A stretch of 64,000 bases of DNA from Lingula anatina (lineage: Eukaryota; Animalia; Brachiopoda): contig CM120641.1 of assembly GCA_051362555.1 (NCBI GenBank), forward strand, positions 37,020,401 through 37,084,400. Direction: 5' to 3'. How positions within the stretch are numbered: position 1 is the first letter of the stretch; every line of letters starts with the position of its first letter. The notes beneath the pieces were generated by a model. It was not told where the DNA came from. It did not search any database and saw only the letters and a list, made by a program, of their open reading frames with translations. The translations under genes were made by a program, and so were the position numbers. Positions 50,601-64,000 of this stretch are shown piece after piece.

Positions 50601-51482
50601 GTTTCATAGTATAGAGTCTTTTCCTAGCATATAGTTCCCCAGAATAAAGATGGTCCCCATGTGGATCCACACACACACCATGTTCTTTTCCTTTGTCCTA
50701 TAATTGGTTTTCTTCAACTATTATTAAGGTTTTAATACACATGAAGGCCGGGTTATATATAGAACGTGCCAGATGACTGCAATTTATGACCAATTTCAAG
50801 TTATTGTGATAGTTGGGATTGTGTTCTCTTTTTTCGTTTTCTTAAAGAAGAAGGAAAGAAAATAGTGGCATTTCACCCTGTACCAGAAGGACATGCCAGT
50901 ACAATGTTAAAGTGGAGAATGATATTGCGATTCATGTACTTGTACATGAACATATTATGAGGAAAAAACAGATAAAAAAGAATGTGAAAAAAAAACAAAA
51001 ACAAAAACAAAATGATGAAGTGTCTTGGGAACTGAAGCAAAGAGGTTAAGGCACTCAAGTCATGCTTTTAGCAAGATTGAATTGTTGCATTTCACTGCTG
51101 TCAAATATATGAATCTTAAAAGACTATCTCCAGACATGCCACCAGTTGCTTTGCAGTTTTAATATTAGAAATTTAAACCATCTCCAAGAATATTACATAT
51201 CTATCATAACCTGCGTTGGCCTTGTTAGTACATAGCTTAAAGCCAAGATAAAAGAGTCAAACTACATCTAACCAGTCTGTAATAACTGTTGTATGAAGGA
51301 AGAACAAGCACATATAAGTCGCTCAATGTCAAGGGTTCGTTTTGCTGCTGGGGCATAAGCTACTGTAAAACACTATTTCCGCAGCTACTTAATTACATGA
51401 TTTTTCCATTTAGACTAATACACGGGTACCTTTATTGCTCAGTTCGTTCATCAATCAGCTTTGACCTCTGATTGCACTTATT

Positions 51483-51487
<5 letters not shown>

Positions 51488-51531
<44 letters not shown>
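51488..51531. repeat. (AT)n microsatellite
   Basis: Direct reading. Confidence 0.9.
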
Positions 51532-51533
<2 letters not shown>

Positions 51534-54500
51534 TTATCACACCATAAGCCATAATGATAAATACATAAATGAATAAAAGTAAGAAATGAAATATATGAAA
51601 GTTTAAAGTAACTCATTTGAGATTGATATTAGAACTTTACACACAATAATTTTATATGGGTAGGATAGCTTGTGGAATATTTAATTCTTCTGTACATGTA
51701 TTAATTTTTCCTAGTGATAAAAAACAACATTTATTAAACAAAGATAAAAAAGAATAAAATAGAAATTGTTAATATGGTTGAAAAACTGTTAAATATTGGA
51801 AACACCATGGCAATGATTAGACCTACATGTATATATCATTTAGTCGTGAATCCTTTACTAAATAATATATACTGTGCTCATATATATTTATTTTTTTATA
51901 TTTTACCTGGCTGAGGTCTGGGCTCTCAGAGTGTGGTCTAGGTTTAGATATTTTCAGTGTCTGATGCATTACAACTCACCGGTTGCATTCTGTCTGATTT
52001 GATCAAGATTACTACCCTCTCAAAACTTTTGATGACAGACAGATATTCTTAATAAACCATATCACCCAGACTAGATTGCAAGAATTTGAAGGGTGTCAAA
52101 TTTTCAAAGAAACCCAGGTAATCACTGTCAAGAACTAGATGTCTGCTGACATCTGATCTTTTTACAGTTTGCTGGGCATTAAATTCCTTTTTTATATATT
52201 TGACACCCATTTCCATCGGACTCTTTGAAATGGCACAAGTATAAAAAGACTGACAAAAGCGAGCACTAATAATAGAATCTCCGACTTTTTCATTTGTCTG
52301 AAATCTATTTTACTTTGCCAACAACTGACACCATGTTTGTTCTTAAAGATAACTATGACTTTAGCTGTGATTGACCTCATTGAACAGGTATAATTGTACA
52401 TTAATACTCTCAAATCTTTTACTCAGTAAGATAGAAACACTGGTATATTCCATGTGTTTTAGCATGCAGAATCATAAATCTGTTTTAAGATCCACTTCGT
52501 GATTTTTGTTGAGATTCCAAAATGTGTTAGATAATTACTGGCCACCAGGGACTGGCCATGGGCACTTATTGATTAATTGGCACTTAAACAAGTATGGTTA
52601 ATGTCTATTTGTAATGCTTATATTTTTTTTATGAACAGACCAGACTATATAAGCAATCAAGGTGAAGGTATTATTTTCTGAGAAAAAGATCTACAAATTA
52701 GCTAAACATCTCATTTGGGTAATTGCCTGTCTAAAGAGCAGGTGTCTCTGGAAACTAATTTGACTGAAGGGCCATTTACCTATCAAGTTGAATAATCTGT
52801 ACAGGACAAAGATAATTTTAAGAAAAGTGCAGAATATTTTGAAGGTCTCCAGCTTCACCTTCATAAGTTGCTTCTCTATACTTTGATATTGAAGGCCACC
52901 GAAGAGGAACTTTGGTGTTTGTAAATCCATGCAAATTTAAAGCTGTTCTCATAATATGAAGATTGTTTTGTAGCAATTTAAAATAGGGCATTCTGGCCTG
53001 ATATTTTTTCACCAAGATTTTTCAGACACCACCTTTACCTTACAAGGAACATGCTATGATGCTTTATTTCAGTGTAAATGAAATAAATGAGCTGATAATA
53101 GAGAGATGTTTTTTTTTAGTAATTTAGAAACTTGTAGTACAGAATTGCAGTTTATAAGGCTTTAGTCATTTCTTTTATCAGTGTATGGAGATATTTTCAG
53201 ATCACAGTGAAAAAGAATTTTGTCCTGGCAGCTTTAGCTATGTGTAACCTTATATTAAACTGAAAATAAAAAGGAAATGGAATGTGTGTACACTACGTAC
53301 CTCCCATGTGAAGATTCCCTAAGTGGAGAATTTCTATGAATCAGAAATTTATAAAAGACCATCAACTTTGGATGGCACCTTATTGCTCTGCTTGAGGATA
53401 TTTTGATCTAAATTATTTTGAAATTATTCTAGCACAAAACTGCTATAGTATGAGTTATTCAATTTTAAGTGGCAAGTGGCTTTGATTGTACCAAATCCAT
53501 ATCTAACAAATTATATTGTGTCTGAAGAATGTGTTCAGATACAAAGTTTAACCCAGATTTAGTTGGGTTTGTGCATACGGTAGATGATAGATTGAAGATC
53601 ATATTATGCTATTATAGATAGAAAGTGAGGCATCAGTCATGGATTTACCACAAAACTGTCAAGAAGCAGTGACAATTAATATATCAGACAGATTAAAATT
53701 ATGGTAATCATGCTTCAAATAGCATTGTCAGGTTCACTTATTAAAAACCAAAAGTACATATTCCCTAGCTTCTACTGCAAAGACGTAAACGTAATGGGTA
53801 TTTTTAAAATGTGCGTATGATGGATTATATTTTCATCTGACTTTGATCATTAGATATTCTGATAAGTATTTTAAAGCTAATCACACAGTATACATACTCA
53901 TTTCTGTTTCTCATCTCTTAAATTGTTTGATAAATTAAGGCAAGTATGCAATTTTTTTTTGACAAATGGTATGATTTTATAGTTATATGAAGTATATCTT
54001 CCCCACAGTTTGTCTTTAAGTAAAGGGAATAAGAAAAATTTGTATATTTGTCATTTTTTTAATTCTAAAATTTTGTTTATTTGTAAACTTACAGATACCC
54101 TTGCCAAATGTTATAAATCATCTAAGAGCTGGCATTTATGCCATTTAAAGAAATCAATAGAATTTTGTTACATTATTTTTTCTTCTAAATATGTTTGCTA
54201 CTTAAATTATCAAATATGCTTTTGATCTTAAAATAGAAAAACTCAAATGTAACCCTATCAAATGTGCAATAGAACCCTATCAAATATATAAATTGTCTTT
54301 TGAATAAAAAAAAAAAAAAAACCGAGAAATCATATGTTCACATGTTTCCTATGTACAAAGCTATCATTTTGATAAAAGCAATATTTCTGTTCCGTCTCTT
54401 TAATCCTGTATTACTTTCCAATTACCTGTGAAACCTGATTTATAGAGCATTGATATGGAACTAGAACAAAAGTGCTTGATGATAATTATACATTTTATTT

Positions 54501-54910
54501 GGTGCCCAAGTGAGAGAGAATATTAATTGACATTTACAAAGTCAATTGACCTGTAGTGATTCAGAAGAGAGTGGCTATAAGTTATTTAACCCAATTTCCT
54601 CATCCTAGTTCATTTCTCTCTTCAGTCCTCATTTTTTACCATGAGTTTTTATCCCAGCTGAGGATGATCCTGTTTTCCTAGATACCTGTGTTATCTTCAG
54701 CTGGCCCTGAACTTTACTGGCAAACATTTTATCTGAGCCAGAAAATCAAATTTTAATAACCCTGGGCCCCAATCTTGAGAAGGCTTCTGTTTAAATGTGG
54801 AGACGTGGATTCAGAATGGGGAAAATTGTGGTTGATCAAAATGGGCTCAATAATGTTTCCTTTTCTTCCATTTATTAAAAAAAAATGTAATTTGTTTTTC
54901 AAGCTAATTT

Positions 54911-54914
<4 letters not shown>

Positions 54915-54996
<82 letters not shown>

Positions 54997-55018
54997 GCAA
55001 GCATGCATGCATGCATGC
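54915..55018. repeat. (TC)40 followed by (ATGC)n
   Basis: Direct reading. Confidence 0.95.
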
Positions 55019-55786
55019 AGTGATATCCTTTAGCTGTATGTAGTCTATCTGACTAGCACAAAAGTTTCATATGGAGTTTTCATTTAGATCAGTCTCGATA
55101 AAAACAATTTTACAAATTTTACAAATATATTACTAAAACTGGGCTGAATTTGCCTAGAAGTGCACAGTGCACATGGTGCTTTGACAATTGCTCTTTGAAT
55201 CCATGACGTCAGTAATTAAGCTTCCTAACTTGATATTAAAGTTGTCTATAAATGTTACAGGAAATGAAAACACTTTAATTAGCTCTGTATCTAGAAAGCT
55301 GGATGTACATGTGGGAAGCCTCTTGTCACATTAATAGCATTTATCGTGAATGTTGCCTCCCCTAACCTACCAAACTGTCTTCTCCAGAGACAAGTCAACA
55401 ATCAAAGAAAGTTGGGATGATTTTTGTAATGAAATGGAAGCAGTATTGAACAAACTCTTTGAATAAATATTCTGAATATGTATGTTAAAAAAATTAATAG
55501 CAATATTATTTGCTCATGCGATTTTTGGTTTCATATATACCCTTATCAATTTTACTGGGATCTTTTTTTATCATTGTTTCATTCCAACATCACTTATCTT
55601 TGTTGATTGTTACCCTGATAAGTCTTTTTATTTTTAGTTTGAACCTTTCATGGTCATAAAAGAGGATCAAGCTATCGCCTGGGGAATCCTGTTAATTCTG
55701 CAAAATTACACCAAAAAGAGATGTGTTTAACTAAATGTTATTTATGTTTTTCATGATAATGGCTTGAAATGTTCACTGTTAATAGA

Positions 55787-55790
<4 letters not shown>

Positions 55791-55835
<45 letters not shown>
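55791..55835. repeat. (AT)n microsatellite
   Basis: Direct reading. Confidence 0.9.
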
Positions 55836-55838
<3 letters not shown>

Positions 55839-58800
55839 AGTGCAATCCAAAAATGTTTTTAGTAAATAAATATTTAATTTTCAGACCACTCATGGATTTC
55901 TGCTCTGGGTAAATTTTGCTCTATTTTCTTTTTTTAAATTATTACCTTTGAATTGAATTTTCATGGAGTACCAATGATTTTCAATGCCGACATAATGCTT
56001 AAAAATGGAAATATATTGATCTTTTAAATAAAACTGAATTATCAATATAAATTGAAAAAAAAAAAAGAAAACAGAAGTTACTGTTTCTGCTGCAAAGTAT
56101 CATCAAAATTTCTGTGGCATAAGTCATCTTCACTTATAAAACATTACTGTTATGATTGCCTTGCAGTAAATTGCCAAATCTCAAGATGATTAGTTAAAAA
56201 TACTGAAAATGGAACCATTTAAAAGTAACTCAAATTGCATGGGCCTTTCGGGGCCTTCTGACCAGACCCCCCCCCCCCTTATTTGAATTCACAAAAAGAC
56301 ATAAGGAACAGTGTAATACTGTCTGTAGATGTAATGATCCTTAATGGCCTTACTTACATGTTACGTTAATGAGGTTATTACCTCCTAAAGATCTAGTTAA
56401 CAGTGTAAACTTAATTGGCAGTGCTGTTTGTGTTTTAGGGCATAATCTTCTTTCTAACGAACAAGAGATAACACTACAGGTACACACCTAGTCTTACTGA
56501 TGGAGATGAAACTGCATATACATTTAGTTTTTCTTGTCTGTCTGGGATAAAACTAATCGATTCTAGGAATTACTGGGAATTTCCTGATCATGGGTAGTTC
56601 CTGAGTGTTGTAAATAATATATTGGAAGATAACGAATTCTGCTAATGAAAATGTTTCCTGCATCATTCTGCCATTTAACATATAAGCCATTGCATACATA
56701 ATATATGTTGGTTAAGGTGTGTGTGTGTGTGTGTGTTATGTGTGCACGCACACGTGCATGTGCGCAAGAGTCTTCCCACACTTTTGTATTTTTTCCAAGT
56801 ATCCATGTACAAACGGTTTATTTTATGTGTATAGATGATTTACCATCTTTAGGGAAGATTTGAAAAGATTTGGATATGTGTTAATGATATAAAACTTGGT
56901 AATATGCCTGTACAATGTAGGTATACAGCATGAGATTGGTAGATTTAATCATGGAAGTAGTGTTTCTATGATTTAATCTTCTCTCAGCAAATAATGACAT
57001 GTTATATATATTTTAATATGATGCAGCAGACAGTACAAATGGTCTGACCTTATCATAAGTGTAAGTTTAAAATGTCATACCATAGTTTCTAGATTTGTCT
57101 ATGTCTTATTTTTTATATTTCTACATGCACTCTATTGTGTTACCAGATATCTAAAGTAGTTACATTTTCATGTTTCACCTGAAACAAATATTTCTACTAT
57201 ATCTAATAGCAGCAAGCATGTTTACATTTTTGTACTTAGATTCACAATTTATAAATAAAAACTACTTCAGTGCAATGGGTACAAAATAAGTCTCAGGACA
57301 GTGATGTGTTAGAGAGGACAAAGCAGAACAGCCTGATTGTTTTTTACTCCCACATCTGGATCAACAACTTGACAGACTTGATGAAATGAAGTTTGACTTG
57401 ATGTGCCCTTTTTTCTGAAATTAAGCACTATAAAATATATAAATAAGAAAAAAAATACTTTAGTCAGCTTTTTGAATGATTAGTAACAGTTTAATAGTGG
57501 TGGAGTAAAAAGGTTTAGGTGAAACATTAGTCTTTTTTATAAAAAAGAACTATTTAAATTGATTGTGACTCCTGTGAGAATGTGGAAAGAGTACTTGGCT
57601 AACTAATGCTTTGATAAGACCTCTTACTGGCATACTTATACTGCTGTAAATCTGCAATTTGTATACTCGTGAGACTAAACATATATATATGCCTTCATAC
57701 TATTGGAATGCAAAATGATTATTTGATTTTTCCTATTTGTATTAATATTCTTGTTAAATATAACTTTATCCACGTAGTTTTGCATGGCTAGACATTTTTC
57801 GCTGTAAACATTCAACATGCCATAGCCCATAAGGTTCTGGCTGTACAACACATTTAGAAAGGAACAAGCTATTCCATTTTTGTGGGTATAAAATATTGGG
57901 AGTGTTATTAACCCCAAATGTCCCACAGTAATTACTTTTGGGGACATTAACTTTATATTCCTTGCCATTATGCCATGACTTGAACACTTAAATTGGAATT
58001 TTTTTCTATTAATGCGGTGAGGAGACCAGCCGATGAGCAGTCAAATTGGCACATCTTTTCTTGTGACCTTGGCCGTTACTATTATAAACAATGTAGAGAA
58101 AGCTAGGAGAGTGGTAGTGAGTACTGATAAGCAGACAGCAGAGTTCATTCAAAAAGATCAAGGTCAAACTAGCCTTATTATCGACAATAGAGGCCTTCCT
58201 ATTGGTTAGAAGGTATAGATTGTACTGCAAGGAGAAAGTGTTAATATGTGCTTTTTACTGTCAACTTATGAAAGTTGTCTCATTAAGTACCGCTAAGTGA
58301 CTTCAGTATTTATTATTTTAGACTTTTTTTAAAGCAAAATCTTTAAACATAAATTGCACTTGCAATTATGGAAATGGTTTGAAACAATATCGAGGAACAC
58401 CTTATTGACTATAAGTGGCAGAATCTGACCAAGACTGGATTTGGTCTAACTGAAATAACCAGTTGACCAGTTGTCAAGAAAGCCCCCAGAGGGCATCTTA
58501 TTGAAAAAACCAACCTTTTTTCATTGCTTACTTTGTTGTTTATTGGCGAACATAGCCATAACACAGTGCAGTATAAAATGTACTGCATGAATTTTTTGAT
58601 GAGTAATGTCATATCTTGCAAGTTGTGGTTGGAAAACCTGATACATTTAGTGAGGCGCTCAAGCATTGTAAAGCATGTACACTGAACACGAAATCTTTAC
58701 ATCGTAGAATTCATCCTACTGGTAAATATACTTTGTTTTCAGAATGCATTATCTGCATAGCCATTATTAGTGTGCAGCCAACTAAAAGACAATTATATTA

Positions 58801-60369
58801 TTTTAAAACTGTTTTACAGCTCATAGCAAGTACAGCATACGATGAGAGTGTACCCTATTACAGTGTTTGCAGTATTCTCACTGTCTAGACACATCTCTCT
58901 TACCGCAGACATTTTGTAACTACCTTTATTATAACTGTCTCCTATGTACACCCACACTTCTCTGTTATCTCCTGGATTATGGGACCTAATTAGCTTTTTA
59001 TTCCACCACTAATGAATCTCAATGCAGTTGAAATTAGCATTAAAACAAAACAAAATCAATGAACTGCAGGAGGAAGAACAGATGGTATTTACTTTGATGT
59101 TAGTTGGAAAGTTCAGGTACTTGCCTAAAAAGGCCAAGTGAGCATGAATTTTTGTACACCTGAAGTTAAAAACACATCATGCCATAAAGTTTTATGAAAT
59201 GATTTTTATTACAAAGGGATGTAAGCAGTGTTGATAGATTGTATATGGCATCCACCCACAATCCTGAGGATATAATAAAAAAGGGTTAAAAAGTTACAAG
59301 AAAAACAGAAATATAATAAGCACCTAGTTATTCTTTCAGTGAATTTTAAAACATGTTATATTGTCAAGATTTATTCTTATAACAGAGCACAATTTATTTT
59401 ACAGAGATGTGACTGCAGGAATCGTCTAAAGACACAAATTATATTTCACAACAAACACATTTGTCACTATTGTACTAGGCATGCAAATGATTCATCAACC
59501 AATTTTTTTGGTATGAATTTAGCTGTTTATTCTAGATTGTTATTTACTAACATTCAAGACAGATAAGGTTCCAGATATTGTTATTCTAGTTGCTTCACTG
59601 AATAAGAACAAGGGTTATCAAAGTAGACAGTTTTCTACACGGGTTTCTGCAGAGCAAGTGACTAAAACAGCTAAGAAATAGATGTGCATTGACTTGTCCT
59701 AAAAATAAAGATTTAATATTGAATAATCATATTTTCTTGTTTGTTTTTTTTTATCAAATTAAAACAAAATATATAATTTTAGTATTGATCAGGCATAGTT
59801 AAAGTAGGTCATGTGTGAAATTCTTCCATAGATATTCATACAGCATACAGCAGATAAATTGGATGATACACCTTGAGGATTAGGCCCTTGGAACTCTTTC
59901 CCTGCCTGTGATATTGCAGTGCCGTTTCTGTGTAAAATCTGAGAGATTGTTGCTGAAAGTGTACCACTGTGGAAACAAACCTAAGGGATGGTTTTGTGAT
60001 CTATTAGGTTGTCCAATTCCAAAAATAGGCAACTGCATTAAAATATAAGACTAAAAGCAGTTGCTGTAAGCTAATCATGATTCAAGGCCTGTATATGCAT
60101 ACTTACATGAGGCAAGTCAACTGACATTTTCATGTTATTTCAGATTTAAGATCAATTTATAGAAGGATGCAGTTCACTTCTTAATTTTGTTTCCAGATAT
60201 GAAGATGTACAAAGACCAAAATACCTGTTAAACATCAGAATGTTGCCTTGTCTGACATAATGTATTGGTATATGTGACAAAAAAGAACTAGTGGACAGTG
60301 GTTTTGCAGAGCCCCCTTCGCTGTATATAGACAGGAGTAAACTTTCAAATTATTCATCTGAACCGAGTT

Positions 60370-60598
60370 TGCTGAAAACTGGATAGCAATATCTTTTGTA
60401 TACCACTTTCCATTGGTAAAAATTTTATTCTCCTGTTGGTAAAATAATGTTTTCTAATCCCTAGATACTTATTTTTGTCTCTGATATTGCTATCCATTGG
60501 TTAAAAATGGCTACTATCCTCCAGAGGATAACAGTTTTAACCAATGGATAGTGTTATCCATAGGATTGTGAATCCAGTGTTGATGAAACTGGGTCCTG
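60370..60598. mobile_element. Decayed MITE with internal palindrome (60483-60558); left boundary approximate
   Basis: gatattgctatccattggttaaaa...ttttaaccaatggatagtgttatc inverted repeat, repeated ggatag/ctatcc motifs, and a Harbinger-like right end ttgatgaaactgggtcc. Confidence 0.5.
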
Positions 60599-63500
60599 GA
60601 ATTTTAAAAGAATACCGTAAAATAAAGGTAGTTATCTTTTTATTACTTGTGGTATGCCTTAGCATGATAACATTGTAACTTGTCATGATACCTTGTACCA
60701 ATGACCTAACTTTGAGACATGTAATGCCAACATATGATATTAAATATTGTGATCAAAGTGGAAAAGTAAATTTTCATTGATTTATGGGTAAGGGTTTAAA
60801 TAACATTAGAAGGCTGACTGAGTGCAGACATTGGCCAAAAGCAATTACTTTGAAGTACAACTAAGTTATCAATATGGGAACTAGTTCTATGGTTGATGAG
60901 TATACAATCTGGTGGAAAAAGATATTGATGACCTCCCAGTCTTTTTATGTTAACAGACTTTGTTCACTGTCTGGGGTAAAACAGCTTATGCTTAAAAAAA
61001 TGGGCATTTCATTGAAAATACTTAGTTGGCAATGTAGGATTAAAAAAAAAAAATGGCATTCATATAGATTTTGTTATACTGTCTGCAGTGCATCAGTCCT
61101 GCTTGGTCTCAAATAGTGGTAATGTAAGTGTGTCAGGTGTGCTTTTTGGTGTATGTGACAAAGCCATCAAATATTCAAAACTTATATGATGTATTTATAA
61201 TTAGTTGTTGATTTCATTATAAATTATCTCTATTGAAGAAATAATCTTCACCATTTGACTTGAGAAGGGAAAAATATGTTTTCAGAACACATTATACAAT
61301 CTTTCTTAATTCCCCAAGTGTGAAAGTACTCAGAAACACGAACATTTTAAGATGAGTAAAATCAGGTTTTAGATTAGCAAAGATAAGGTCATCAGTTCAT
61401 TGTGACTGGGCCAATGGAAATGCTAGAGCTTTAATTGCTGCTTTTTATATTGAATTTTGTTAGATTAAGGCTAATACCTCAGTTAGTGCCCTAACTTATC
61501 ATGAGATTCTTGGGAATTGCTCTGTCATGCAACTTAATAATGAACACTCATCTATTATTATGTCAGAAAGATAATATGGGGAGAAAAAAAGGAGACAGCA
61601 TAAGAAAGAGAATGAGAAGTAGACCAGAAACCAGACAACTACATTACAAGTGTCAGGAGCTGTTTTCTTATTATGAAGTTACATTTGGCCTTGATGTTAT
61701 TTTTTTTTTTTTTAAGAAAATGTCATGACGCTTCATTGGTTGGTATAAGGGTTAATATTTAAATAAAAATAAATAACTTAAATATTGCAAATGTTTCTTT
61801 CCAGAAAATTAATAGAGTTGTATTTAGGTATCAGTGATAGTCCCAATCATGATCCCTTGCTATGAAAAGCGAAGGAAAATGGTTATGTAATTATTTTGCA
61901 ACAAAGTGCGTTCAACATACTCCTTACTTGACCAGAAATAATCAAATCATGTGTCCTCAGATTCAACTTCTTCATATATTAATAAGCAGTCCAGTGATAC
62001 CATTACAGTGGAAGTATTTAAGGTTCTTTAGTGAAGCTATTTATGTTGTAGTTAGACAAAAACAACGTTAAGGCCAAGACCATTAGCAAGAATAGGAAAA
62101 TCCTTTTGTCAATATCTTTAATTAATATTTCCATGCAATGTGTGTGTGTAATAGTGTTGCTAGGTTATAGATAAATAAAAGTTAATTTTTTTTCAGTTAT
62201 ATTGTTTGAAACTGAATATCAGTGGATTAACCATTATATGCACCCATACCTAATTACGTTTTGTGTCATACTGTTTGTGGTAAGCAAAACTATAGATTTT
62301 CAGCCTTATTTGGTTTTGCTATACCTAGTTGTACACATGTCGAAGGAATTTACATGCATTCATGAATGCATTACTATCCCTAATGAATATTTCATCCTAT
62401 TACAACTCCATTTGTGAAAGACTTTTACATTACATGTAGATTATATATGGCCTCAATCACTGCTATAAATGAAATTATTATACTTATATGAATTAAATTG
62501 CCGTAACACATTTTTGAATATGCACCTTTGTGTCCATGTCTTATTGCTACTATGAAAAAATTAATATATCCATATGTATTTTGTGGTAGTTACCTGACAC
62601 CTGTCCAGTTTCCCTGAAGACTGGAATATAAGTAAGAAGCAGGAGTTACAGAAGGTTTTATGAGATGTACACCATTCAGAAAATAATATTTAACAACCAC
62701 TAAAATGTACATTTCTTTGAAAATTGTCACACAAGCATGTTATGTGTTCTAAAGTTATCAAGTACAAATGCCATTTTTCATGAGTTTTGATTTGATTGAC
62801 ATATCTGACACCTTAATAGGTATTATTTGATTGATTTCCAGGATTTATTCTGTTACACATGCGATCATTTTCTATAAACCAATGACTGACAGAAACTTTG
62901 ATACAAATTAGAACAAGATTGTTTCCAAAAAGCTCATGTTTTGGTCACCGTCAGGTAATGCCTACCTATGCACAACAGTGTGCGTTTCTCTGCCTCCATT
63001 GTGAATGTGAATCTCGCTGTAACTCATCTTCTTAATCTAGTGAAATTATTAGGAATTGGTACCAGGTAGTAAGTAAGTAAGTAAGTAGGACGCCTCTTGC
63101 TTGTGTTCAAAACCTGTTGCCTCCCCAGTCTACAGCTATCAGATTGAGTGGTTTTACTGAAAATGCTGTCTGAAGAATCGACCAATCTCATACAAGCACG
63201 GGACTGATATGTGAAATCAATGTTCCAGCAGAGAGAGGGATAACATACATAATACAGATCTGCAGCATCATTTAAATCCTTTTTTATGATTAAGAGAATC
63301 CACAAAAGATTGTAGTTAATGACATGATCATTATCTTATAGTTAACATGTAGGTGTGTGTGGGTTAAAAACATAAAAAGAACACTTAAGCAACTCTTTAG
63401 AAATGGAATGCATGGGTTCTTTTTAAGCAACAGCTTCATTTTGCCTAATTCCATTCTTTTGATCCACAAAAAATGCTTGAATGTTCACTGGATTATTAAT

Positions 63501-64000
63501 TGGATCATAGACATCTTATTATATAACACCCAGGCTGAAATTATTGTTTAATTGCTGCCAGCTGTCAATTCACAGTTAAGAAACTTGGATACAGTGATAG
63601 TGGCTGTTTTACCTAGGCCATGATAATTTAGTGAAAAATTTAATCACTCTGTTTTTTTTTTTCCTTGGGCAAATTAAACATCTTTAACATTTAGAGAAGG
63701 GTCCATCTGTAAACACGAGCAATATGGATGGTAAAAAAGAATATCAAACATGGGATTAATTAAAAGAAGGATTTATTTAAAAAAATGAAAATAAAAAAAT
63801 AGATAAATAAATAATAAGTAAATAAATAAACTGCTGTAATATCAGATGCTTTTGATTTTACGAGACAAATATTGTCATCATTTAAGATTTCAAGGGCTAG
63901 AACATTTTAAGTACAGGGTATTCAATAATTGCTACTGAAAAAATAACTTGGCCATACAAAAATAGTAGATACTGGAAACCTTCTCCATGTGTTATTTGTG

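Noticed and set aside
48100-64000. Numerous 60-99 aa ORFs in the track, and a search for the next CPSF2 exon
   Set aside because: No domain similarity, mostly non-ATG starts, composition of random AT-rich DNA; no VVLAS/PDL-like exon found by eye

Overview
AT-rich eukaryotic (animal) genomic DNA. The repeat families suggest a lophotrochozoan, perhaps a mollusc; that is inference. (1) The 5' part of CPSF2/CPSF100 lies on the + strand: a probable non-coding exon ending at 3720 plus eight coding exons (4867-20830, 972 nt, 324 aa). All introns are GT-AG with consistent phases. The first seven introns are 0.25-1.1 kb, the eighth is 12.1 kb, and the ninth appears to run more than 43 kb off the end of the window. 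(2) Inside that giant intron, on the - strand, is an intact intronless 481-aa class A GPCR of the NPY/PrRP/sNPF-receptor type (45761-47206). Its ligand-pocket residues are non-canonical (F3.32, I6.59, K7.39). (3) Head-to-head with CPSF2, across a compact ETS/NRF1/YY1-type promoter, is a probable unidentified - strand gene with an N-terminal membrane anchor (two exons visible). The remainder is intronic: non-autonomous Helentron-like elements, MITEs, SINE and LINE relics, tandem repeats and microsatellites. It also holds several candidate regulatory features: a poison-like exon, a G-U-rich hairpin and uORFs. No CRISPR array, rRNA or tRNA gene was recognised.
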